A stretch of DNA of 59,665 nt, filler included, from Sphacelaria rigidula (taxonomy: Eukaryota), in the NCBI GenBank assembly GCA_964200075.2. It is 4 parts of 4 records of this genome, joined end to end, with 100 filler letters (N's around TTAATTAATTAA, not from the genome) between each part and the next. Parts side by side here need not be neighbours in the genome. Positions count along the whole stretch, not along the records: positions 14,947 to 29,790 come from CAXNAA020002021.1; positions 29,891 to 44,728 come from CAXNAA020002022.1; 2 more parts are not named here. One strand, 5' to 3'. Shown piece by piece: positions 28,501 to 38,090 of this stretch. The notes under the pieces were generated by a model. The model did not search any database and was not told the DNA's origin. It worked only from the letters and a program-made list of their open reading frames with translations. The position numbers and the translations under genes are program-made. Each line of letters begins with the position of its first letter. The stretch's first letter is position 1.

Positions 28501-28519
28501 AATCGTGACTGACAAGGAT

Positions 28520-29590
28520 ATGAAGAGCCTACAATGAACCAATGTGCACGCACTCGTACCGCGCTCGAAGGTTCCTCCTGGAGAGAATGTTGTTGGATCA
28601 AGGTGGGTCTTCAAGGTCAAGCCCGATGGCATGCACAAGTCGCGCCTTGTGGCCTAGAGTTGAAACCGAGTGCCAGGCAAGGACTGCGGCGGTACCTTCG
28701 CACTCGTTTGCAGACTTAAGAGCGTTTGGATGGTGCTTTTCATCGTGGCGGAAATGCATTGGAGGATCTTCCAGCTCAAAGTGAAATCTACTTCTCTTTA
28801 TGCGTACACCGAGGAGAATGTGTTCGTTGAAATGACACCTGGCTTTGAACAAGAGAGAATTCAGCTCTTACTGGAGGTGAAGAAGAGCCTGTACGGGCTA
28901 GTTCAACGGCCCCCGAATTGGTGGGAAAACATTGACCCGACTCTGGTAGAGAACAGACTTGTCTCGCTCAAGTCTGACGCCTGCATCTACATCTACAACC
29001 ACAACGACGCGGTCGTCATCCTTACCCTACATGCGAACGATCTCCTCGAAGTCGGAGGTATCATCCAGGTGACTGAGATCATCAAAATGAATTTGACGAA
29101 CATATTTAGGAAATGAGGCGTGCAGGCTGCCAGCTCACCGCGTTTTCGGATGCGCACTGGGGCAATAACCCGGACAACGGGAGGTCGACGGTGGCCTACC
29201 TCAGGGTGATGTCTAAGAACCCCGTTCGTTTCAACACCTGGATGCAGAGCCTCACGGCTATATCCGCAATGGAAGTCAAAATGCTTGCTTCGGTACTGGG
29301 GATGAAGGGTGTGGTTTTCTGTTCGACCATGGAGTGAGCTACGGTTTGGATAGGAGTTAGGGCAAGAGCCGGTAAATATCGAAAGAACGGCCACGCTCCA
29401 TCCACGTCATCGACAACCGCGCCTTCATACCTTTGCGCTTCTTCTACATTCTTGAGCCCGTCAAAGATTGGGAAAGACGGCATTCATTACATCCCCACGG
29501 AACAACAGCACGTTGACATCGGAACCAAGCATCTAAGTGAACGTCGCCGTCGCTTCCTTCTCGACAAAATGAAAATCCGGGGAATAACAT
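28520..29590 (+). mobile_element. Degenerate Ty1/Copia reverse transcriptase and RNase H
   Basis: VPPGENVVGSRWVFKVKPDG, KKSLYGLVQ, SDACIY, LHANDLL (decayed YVDD), AFSDAHWGNNPDNGRS, YIPTEQQHVDIGTKHL; stops, frameshifts and an internal deletion. Confidence 0.9.
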
Positions 29591-29717
29591 CACCGACTCT
29601 ATCTGTGTGTATATATGTTTGTGTGTGTATGGTTCTGTTTCTGTCATTGTGTAAATTGGTGGATATTTCAGTACTTCGAGATTTGGCTCCGCATCATCTC
29701 TGATTGCAAGAGCCGAC

Positions 29718-29790
29718 GGGGGGGGGGGCGTACTCATTTGTTGCCTGCCTTAGTCGTTTGACCATTGACCACGCATCCCTTTCGAGACGG
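29718..29790 (-). mobile_element. 3' end of the C-tailed LINE, cut by the contig end
   Basis: G11 (29718-29728) followed by CGTACTCATTTGTTGCCTGCCTTAGTCGTTTGACCATTGACCACGCATCCCTTTCGAGACGG. Confidence 0.8.
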
Positions 29791-29890
29791 NNNNNNNNNN
29801 NNNNNNNNNNNNNNNNNNNNNNNNNNNNNNNNNNTTAATTAATTAANNNNNNNNNNNNNNNNNNNNNNNNNNNNNNNNNNNNNNNNNNNN
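29791..29890. other. Artificial contig linker N44-TTAATTAATTAA-N44
   Basis: Same 100-nt structure as 14847-14946. Confidence 0.98.
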
Positions 29891-30129
29891 AGCTCTACGA
29901 AAAGGTCGACGAGATAAAATGACTGCTGAACCACTCTCGCGATAAAAAAAAAAAAGGCAAGCACCGCAGAAGGAACGTGGGGTACTAAAAACAAATAAAA
30001 AATAAAAAGCTCCTGTGTTGACCTTCCTCCTGTGTGACCCCGGCTGATGCGCCCACATGTACCGAAAGGCGTAGACTGGCGTCCAGAATAGTGATAGATG
30101 GGACGACAACACACAACACAACACAACAC
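29891..30129 (+). mobile_element. 3' half of the tRNA-derived SINE with (CAACA)n tail
   Basis: Homologous to the reverse complement of 2225-2375 (GGCAAGCACC.CAGAAGGAA, CCTTCCTCCTGTGTGACCCCGGCTG.TGCGCCCACA). Confidence 0.75.
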
Positions 30130-30524
30130 TCATGATACGCCGGAAAGACCCAGGGAGCCTCGTGACGATTTCCCTTGTATATGTTGTAGAAAAGCTCTTA
30201 TCATCCTCAAACTTGGCAGTTCCGTAGATATTGATGCTCCAAATGGAGAAATTGTGTTCATGGCAAGGGTTTAAAGTTTCTCCGCTATCTACCGGCTTCC
30301 GGGGGTCCCAGTACAAAGACCCTCGAAAGGCGGTACAGAATGACTCAAAAGAAAAAATAATGACATGATGCGTCCCAGGATGGTCCAAGGAACACATGTA
30401 CGATCCTTGGTGGAGAAACTCGAAAATCTCATACCGTTTTTCCTGGCTTGACGTGGAATTCACCCAAAAATATGTGTTTATACACAAACCAAGTAGTTAG
30501 GAGTTTGCACGTTTTAAGCTCACA

Positions 30525-31266
30525 TCCTCGCACAAACGCGCAAATCTTCACACTTATTACGAGTTAGACCCTGAAACTTTGCGCAAATATGCTATGAATC
30601 ATTACGCAAGTTGCGATTAACGAGGATTTTTTAACTCTTGATTTTTTTGCGGGGGCCCGACGGGATCCAAGTCGTTTTTTCAAAACTTTTTTTCGAAGTC
30701 ATCCATTCTGCGACCCCCGAAAACCGGCACTACAGTCTTTTTTTTCATTTTTTCGCGAACGTTCTGTCGATGCAAAACCCAAGGAAGAACACCACAGAGT
30801 TTCGTGGCCAACCTCGATTAACTGGTGCTTGAATTTTCATGTTCCACGTCGAAAAAGGCCCGAAAACGCCATTTTCCTACTGAAACGTACTAGTTTGCCG
30901 TTTCACCGTGGCACGGCAAGGTTCATCGCACAAACGCGGAAAACTTCACGCCGTTTTAAGGAGTTAGACCCTGAAAAATTGCCCAGGCGTACTATGGGCC
31001 ATTGCGCAACTTTGTATGAACGAGGTTTTCTTCATTTTTTTCACCGTTTCACGGGGGTCCGACTGGATCGAAGTTTTCCCGACAAAACTGGGACCCCGGA
31101 AAAATGGTGGAAAAAGTCAAAGAGTAGAACAAAAAACCTCATCATTTCAAAGGTTGCGTACTGACCCATGGAACACCTGTGCAAAATATCAGGGTCTAAC
31201 TCCTTAAAACGGCGTGAAGTTTTGCCGATGAGTGTATTTGGGGGGGGTTTCGTGAAACAGACTGTA
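30525..31266. repeat. Probable non-autonomous DNA transposon end with subterminal direct and inverted repeats
   Basis: Diverged direct repeat about 30529-30672 versus 30927-31074; perfect 35-bp inverted repeat 30940-30974 / 31189-31223. Confidence 0.55.
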
Positions 31267-31299
31267 GGTCAGCATCATTCCGAATTCCTCCGCATTGGA

Positions 31300-31929
31300 C
31301 TGCATTCGCCCGAAATGTAGGTCAAGACCGCCCATCACGCGTCGACCACCCCCGGCAACTCTACCGCAACGAACACAGTTAATGGATCCATACGGACTGT
31401 CGCGCGTACCTCAACTTGACCACCTTTTGCGAACTGCCGTAATCCGTCATCAACAACTGTGCCCCTTCCACCCCTGTTGTTGGGGGCGCTATGCTTTTTC
31501 TGACACATGGAGAACGGCGGGGTAAAATTTAGTTCGTGCTTGTAAGATGGCCTCACCACTTTGCACGGCCAACAAGATCAATCAGGCCCGGCTTTGGATC
31601 GCTGCAGTCTCCCTCCGTCGCCTGCTTGAAAAGTGAATACAGGTGAAGCCTCTGATCGGACGACAGCGATAGTCCTTTCACTGTAATCATGTGGTTCGCC
31701 GCCATGCCAAACAACCTCTCCGTGTCCTGTCAGTTCGAGAATCGGACATATATCTTGGTTTCAGTGAGTAACCCCACTCGATCTATCTAAGCGATAACTG
31801 CTGACCCTAAAGGTTACATGTTTCTGGCGTACATTGAACCCAATGCTCTCACTCCCAAGGTTCAACAGTTGGCACGATAAAGATCCTGCATACACTACGA
31901 ACCTCAGCATTCACCGTTGGTGAAGCCAT
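31300..31929 (-). pseudogene. Acyl-CoA-binding (ACBP) plus ankyrin protein, ACBD6-like, truncated or decayed
   Basis: Exons 31929-31915 (MASPT), 31726-31557 (DTERLFGMAANHM...QRLHLYSLFKQATEGDCSDPKPGLIDLVGRAKW) and 31473-31410 (GGRGTVVDDGLRQFAKGGQVE). Last ACBP helix is missing and the following ankyrin-like VVDA..GG..LHF is frameshifted. Confidence 0.75.
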
Positions 31930-33394
31930 GTTGCCCTGTTCGCTGCTGCTTGTTCCGGTTCCAAATTCGGGCCCAGCAACTGATGGAAAATGACCTATTT
32001 TGTACATACCTTGTACGATATCGGGGGGGGTAAAGAAGTGCAGCGTTGAGGGCGATGGCACGGCGGCAAGAGCGGCTTACTTTCGTGGACGACTCCACCA
32101 TACTAATCGTTTCTTCGCTTGGGCTACTGTGCGTCGGTGCAGCTGTATTATGGGTTATTCGGCAGAGTCCAGACTGGGCCGCCATCGAGGTAAAACGTTT
32201 CAGCACTAAGCTGTCGCGGTATCGTCGCGCCGTAGACACGAAGCGTCTCACGATCATTGAAGCGTCTGCGTCGTTTGGTACAGTGCAACAGTACAGTAAG
32301 CAGGTATGGTCGATCGTATCGAGATCCGAGGACTTCGCGATTATAATACGCATGATGCAGTTGGCATGGTTCAGTGACAGCTGCACAAGCAATAGGCAGA
32401 ACGTCGGTTTGGTACGAAGTATTGGTTGACGCTGGCTCTTTTCAACCTACGTCGTCTTTTTTTTCACATGGTTTTCAGGATCGCATCCATGTATGGAACC
32501 GTCAACCATAGCACTTCCGTAGTGGATATGCACTTGCGCTTTAGATACAGAACAGAACGTACCGCGAGAACAATCCCCATTGTACATGTCGAAAATGACA
32601 AACGTAAAACCGAAACACGCGCTGTCCACAGACAAAAGTACCACAACAAACAGCACACCCGTATGGGCAACATCTGACGTTCACGGTTCACAATACCTTT
32701 CCGAAGGTCACTTCTCGCACATGCTGTGTCGCTGGCAGCCCGTGTAATGATCCGAGCATTGAGTTACCAACGCCCGCACCCATCAAAACCGCTATGTAAC
32801 TTGACGATTCCCTCGTTCGGGGTGCATATGTTTGTTCGCGAAACGCACTCAAAACTAAGGATGAGGAGGGGCCTCCACTGCCCTTGTGGCGTCGATTGTT
32901 GCGATTGGGAGTTAGAGGCGCAGTGAGGCAAAACCACCACCACGAAGAGGTTGAAGGGGAAGGGGAATTGAGAGGCGGGACACGCGTGGTCCGGGGGGGG
33001 CGACAAGCGGCTAAAGCTGCGCGAAAAGAGGCCAAGAAGCGAGCAAAGGAAGATTTCCGGCGTTCTCAGGAGGCGGTAGCGGCACACAAAACGCGGCAGC
33101 GGCTGAAAAATGAGGTGTGTGTGCGTGGTTGAAAAATGATGTTGGTGTGGGGGTGCCTACACTGAGAAACGCCTTAGCTTCTCTTCTCGTCTTCATGACG
33201 TTCAACTTGCCCAAAAACGGTGTGACACCCGAAGTCATTTATGATATTTTTGACACCGGAGAAACGTCTGGTGGAAACCAAGAACCCCTACACACGCACA
33301 GGCTCCCGAGAATGTAGGTCAGGAGCCACCCCCGCCACCCCCCATTATGAGAAAAGCTCACAACTGGCGATGTGAGGGTGTGCCCTTGTTTTTG

Positions 33395-33461
33395 ATGAGG
33401 AGTGGGCGTACTCATTTGTTGCTTGCCTTGGTCGTTCGACCATTGACCAATGAGGAGTGGG
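33395..33461 (-). mobile_element. 43-bp 5'-truncated LINE insertion with 12-bp target-site duplication
   Basis: ATGAGGAGTGGG at 33395-33406 and 33450-33461 flanks the LINE terminus at 33407-33449. Confidence 0.8.
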
Positions 33462-33703
33462 GGGGGGTTATCCCCTAGATACGTCGGATAATGGCAGTAG
33501 AATATACTGTACACCAACTGCAGGCCAGGAGCCACCACCAGCTCGCTGTGAACAAGGTTTGGGGGATACCTTCGTTCAGCGGTGGTGCTCCTTGGATACC
33601 ATGGATTATGGTGAAACTAAGTGCTCCAGAGTGATCAATATAGTCTGTACCGCAGCACGCACGACTGCCGCACAGCCGTGTATGGAAAAGACAAATGGTT
33701 TCA

Positions 33704-33801
33704 CCCTTTGGCCGCCAGGGTAGATAATCTGTTGAATCGGCATCACTTCCACTTGAAAAACTACCGCGTGACCCAGATGCCCTACCCTGGCGGTCAAAGG
33801 G
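33704..33801. mobile_element. piggyBac-like MITE, same family as 1521-1622
   Basis: TIR CCCTTTGGCCGCCAGGGTAG/CTACCCTGGCGGTCAAAGGG; internal TGAATCGGCATCA.TT.CACTTGAAAAA shared with 1521-1622. Confidence 0.7.
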
Positions 33802-34377
33802 TTTTGACACAAATTTTATTATGATATCGTGGGCTCAGGTCAAAGCACACAACCACCAGAACGGAGAGTTAGGGAGACCAGGAGAGTGCCTCATGTGTGG
33901 CTCATCAACCCAAATAGCGATACGAGATGTTCATCTGAAGCCAGGTACTGACACTGCACAGATAGAGAATTTTCTCCGATCATGATGCCCGGTCGGATAT
34001 CACGATGTATTTCGGCAAGTACTTGTCGATGTGGGCGAAGCAAATCACTTCATCGCACACGCTCCCTCGGACCCGGAAAAAAACATTTCAGCCGCGCACA
34101 AACGCCGTAAACCCACCTACTTAGCTATCGTAAGTTAGAACGTGGATCCCCTGTTCCACAAGTGACAACTATGAAGCCTTTGTGTAGATGACCCTTTGCG
34201 TCATTCGGTACACAAGAAAAAAAAGTGAATGTCAGCCTTGGCTGACTGACATAATCGCGAATGAGCGAAGTTGTAACGACGATCCAGAGCGAATCCGAGC
34301 CTGCTCGCTATCTTGGAGTTTTTACTCGACGTGTCCTCACGCGCAAAACTTAATATGGTTACTCACTCAGACACATG

Positions 34378-36471
34378 CTTCCTCTGCCCCATAAGTTAGG
34401 GTATTTGGATTTACAAGCAGCGTTCGTCCCAACAGCGTGTGTGTACGACACTAAGGTTGTTGTCCTTCGAACTGTAAAACGTAAGGGAGACCGATAAAGG
34501 GAAAACAATCCGATGACTAATTCTAGGAATATTTGGAAATTTGTCTGGATTTGTGTTAGGGTATTTTTGAGAACAAGCTTCCAGCGATGCGGAGGACACG
34601 CAACTTTCAAGAAAAAAAAATGCTTCCAGAATAGGGTGCGAAAAATATCCATTTTCAGGGATCTGTTTTTTTCCGGCCGTTTGGCCGCAGGTTAAAAATG
34701 ATGAGGATGAATAAAGGGGGCTTCAAGCCAAGAATGCCGAAGAAACGAGATCAAAAACAACCTATTCGTAGTCGACACGGTTTGAGGACCCGTGGAAACC
34801 CAAGACCCTAACTTATGGTGGGGGCGGGGGGGGCGTACTCATTTGTTGTTTGCCTTCATTTGACCAGTGACCATGCATCCCTTGCGAGACAGAGCATCGT
34901 TTCTGCTCCTAATAGAGACACCTCCAACGATTGGGCGCTCATTACGTGTCTTCCCTACTTTACACAAAAACCTTCTACATAGCTTATCCCCTTTCTGATT
35001 CGCCGTCTCTGGCCACCATCCATCTCCTTGTATAGCCATCATTTCCTCGCTACTGTCTAATGCAATAAACGAGTTCATGCCACGTTCATTTACTTTCCGC
35101 ATTTACCTCTCCAACACGTCCAGTTCTTCTTTGTATAGTTCACATTTTGCCACTCTATGAGTTCTACTCTGTATTGATTTGCCACGGGGGCAATTCTGTG
35201 CATTGGCTTCCTCCTCCACTCGACTACTGGTATACTTCTTCCTTCTTTCTGTCAGGTCCAGATCTCCCACCCGAAATCGCAGTCTCATTTTTTTCGCGGA
35301 GTCCGTTGGGTCAGCAAATATGTTTCCATCCCCTTTCCTTTTCTAAACCCCCCGTATATCTTCAGGTAATCTTCCTCGTCTACTTTCCGATTTAGCGCTT
35401 CTTTTCCCTTATTTCTAGCATATCTCTTTTTTCGCCTTGTACTAGCCACATTCACCTATGGACACTATTCCGTCTTTGTGTCCTCGTATGCTCTTCCATA
35501 TTTCCTCGACTTCTTTATCCCCACCTTATTCTTGCCTGCTTTTTCATCGCTTTTTCCATGCGGCTCTGTCAACTGTTGCTGTGGGTACAATCCCAACTCT
35601 GCTCCTAATGCTGTTTCACTCGTCATGTTTGAACATGCAAGAATTTTCTTAGCTGCTGCCATCTATACTTTTTGTAGCTTCTCCACCAACTTCGCGTTTC
35701 CCTCTCATACTCCTCCTGCATATTCTAGCTTTGGTACAATCACATTCGTCAGAATACGTAGCTGAATCCTTGTATCTGGGTGCGAGTCTTTTAGGACCAC
35801 GTCCATCTTGCCTATCTGTACCTCACCCTTTTGTGTTACCTTTTTAATGCATGGATCCCAACAACATTTTTGTTATATCTATGCGCCAAGGTATGTATAC
35901 TGCTACTAGTCTACGCTTGACAGTTTCTCTTTTACCCATTCCCATTTGAACTCTGACGGGTTTTACTTGTCTTCGTTACATACAAGTACCGCGCAATTGT
36001 TTACACTGACCGTCACTCTCCATTTCCTGGTGTATTGTAGCGCCCTCTCTGCTTGCTCCTACACTCCATCTGGTGTTTCTGATATCCCCATAAAATCATC
36101 CGCAAACGTCAATCCCGATACCGTATATTCCCCCGCCTTGACTCCTTGCTTTTCTGCTTCTATTGTTATCACCAAGCCACTAATAAATACGTAAAAAAGA
36201 GTGGGTAATAACGTACATTCTCGTGCAACTCCTTGCAAAATATACAAACATTTCGATATTTTCCCGTCGAGCATCATAGCACTTTTGGCACATTCTGCCA
36301 TCTTTGCCATTCTCCACATCTTTCCTCTGATACCAGTTCCCCACAACATTTTTCACAGCCCATTCCTTCATACTGTGTCATAGGCCGTTTGTACGTCTGG
36401 AAAGAATACGTTATCAGCCCGACGTTTTCCCTGCCTCGAATAGTATACCCTAACTCATGGGACAGAGGGAG
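34378..36471. mobile_element. Stowaway-like (Tc1/mariner) MITE interrupted in its right TIR by a LINE
   Basis: Left TIR CTTCCTCTGCCCCATAAGTTAGGGT (34378-34402); right TIR ACCCTAACTCATGGGACAGAGGGAG (36447-36471) followed by TA. Confidence 0.7.
34819..36446 (-). mobile_element. 5'-truncated degenerate LINE (RT, C-terminal CCHC-like region, C tail) with 14-bp TSD
   Basis: GIRGKMWRM, ILQGVARECTLLPTLF, GLTFADDFMGISET, LRFRVGDLDL...CPRGKSIQSRTHRVAKC; ORF stop at 34839-34841; TSD ACCCTAACT(T/C)ATGG at 34805-34818 and 36447-36460. Confidence 0.9.
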
Positions 36472-36728
36472 TATACATTTAGAAATCGTTAGCTCAATCC
36501 CTCCCATCCAAAAGTAAAATTCACGACAACAAACGCACTGCAGAAAACCATTCGCCCTAGTTGATGTTCATTATGGCATCCCTGTGGTGCTCGAAACTGG
36601 CTCGAGGGAAGCCTCGGTGATGATGTCGCCGTGTTGTCGTTCGGACCGTGTGTACTCGAACTGAGCCTTGCCGTTGCTGTCTTGCCCACGAAGAAAATTT
36701 GGACGCACGTCAATATGCCTTGTTCGAC

Positions 36729-38090
36729 CTAGTTTAGCGGGTTGTTGGCCAATTGAATAGCACCCTGGTTGTCTTCAAAAACCGGGGTGCACTTCTCCTC
36801 CACGTCAGATCGAACGAATTCGAGGATCCCCAGCACGAACAGCACCTTGTTGGCCACCTCATCAACTGCAACGCACTCTACTTTAGTACTGGACAACGGT
36901 ACCTCATCCTGGGTCCTCGATACGCCTACCACAAATGCACCTCTGAACACCAAATAACTGCTGCCGCAGATCATTGTTGCTTCGAGTTGGCATAGTCGGC
37001 GTCGGCGCATGCCACTGGTCCCTCACTACAACTACGCTCGTGAGTGATGCCTAGATCGCGCGTGCTGTTTAAGTACTCCAGGATGCGAACCACCCTCAGG
37101 AAGTCATCTCATTGAAAGTGATTATTGTGTCGCAACACTCACCTCATAGCGTCCATAATGTCGGACCGAGTGTTATTCGATAGCCAAATCGAAGCTCCCA
37201 CCGCCTGTCTGCACGGCACATCCGTCTCAGGTCTCCCCTTGTCCACCTGTGTCGTCTTTTTATAATAGATGCAACACATGCAGGGGTGGGGGCAGTGCAT
37301 GTATCAAACCTGTCGTCTACAAGAGCGGACTGAGAAGTCTTGATCGTTCCATGGACTCAGTTGCGCTCGCATACACATCCACCGTAGACTGTTATGTCTC
37401 TAAGATCCTTTGTAGGAAACTTGGGTAGCAATGCTGCCCTAATCTGAGCAAACGCCATCCGCGTGCACAGTCAGTAACGCTCTAACATGACCTTCCTATA
37501 TCAAACCTAGAACGCACGGTTCAACGAAGAAGTGCTCGAATCCATACTCCTCAAGATCTGTCACAAACTTGGCGTTCCAAGCCCTACCTGCTTGCTTAAG
37601 CCCATAAAGCGTTCGCAAGGCTCCAACATAGCATCCGGACAAATCACCACAGGCTTCCGCCAAGCGCACGTAGATCTCCTCTAGATATGCTTGGATGGAC
37701 GCGTGTTCTACGTCGAAGTGATGCATCTTTCGGTTTTCTTTACACGCATACGCGGTGAGCACTCTTAACGTGGACTAGATGGGGTTGGGGCGAAGATGTG
37801 GTCGAGATCACAACCAGTCTGCTCTAGGTTTCCAAAACACACAAACTGGGCCTTTGGCTTGGCCACAAACTCACTCTAATATACCTGGCAGCTATGCAGC
37901 CACTTCGTGCCAATTGTCTTGCGCTCGTCCGGGCGCTGATCTACAACCTCCAACGTCCCTTTATCCACAAACCCAGTGAGCTCACTCTGCATGACCTCTT
38001 GCCACAGTTTTGTGCTTCGATTCGACTACTTCACGGCGCGTTCCGGTTGCAGGCTCTATCTCAGTTACCTGCCCGCTTTTAACACCATAC
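36729..38090 (-). mobile_element. Degenerate Ty1/Copia RT and RNase H
   Basis: KTIGTKW, HHFDVEHASI, RTLYGLKQAGRAWN, EPCV, SRTQDEVPLSSTKVEC, VFEDNQGAIQLANNP; many stops and frameshifts. Confidence 0.9.

Noticed and set aside
32081-32257. Mitochondrial-presequence-like upstream exon for the ACBP gene (MIVRRFVSTARR)
   Set aside because: Splice phase does not fit the ACBP frame and it is antisense to the TM exon of the + strand gene.
34805-34812. Telomeric CCCTAA targeting by the LINE
   Set aside because: A single hexamer inside a MITE TIR; the other TSD at 33395 lacks it.
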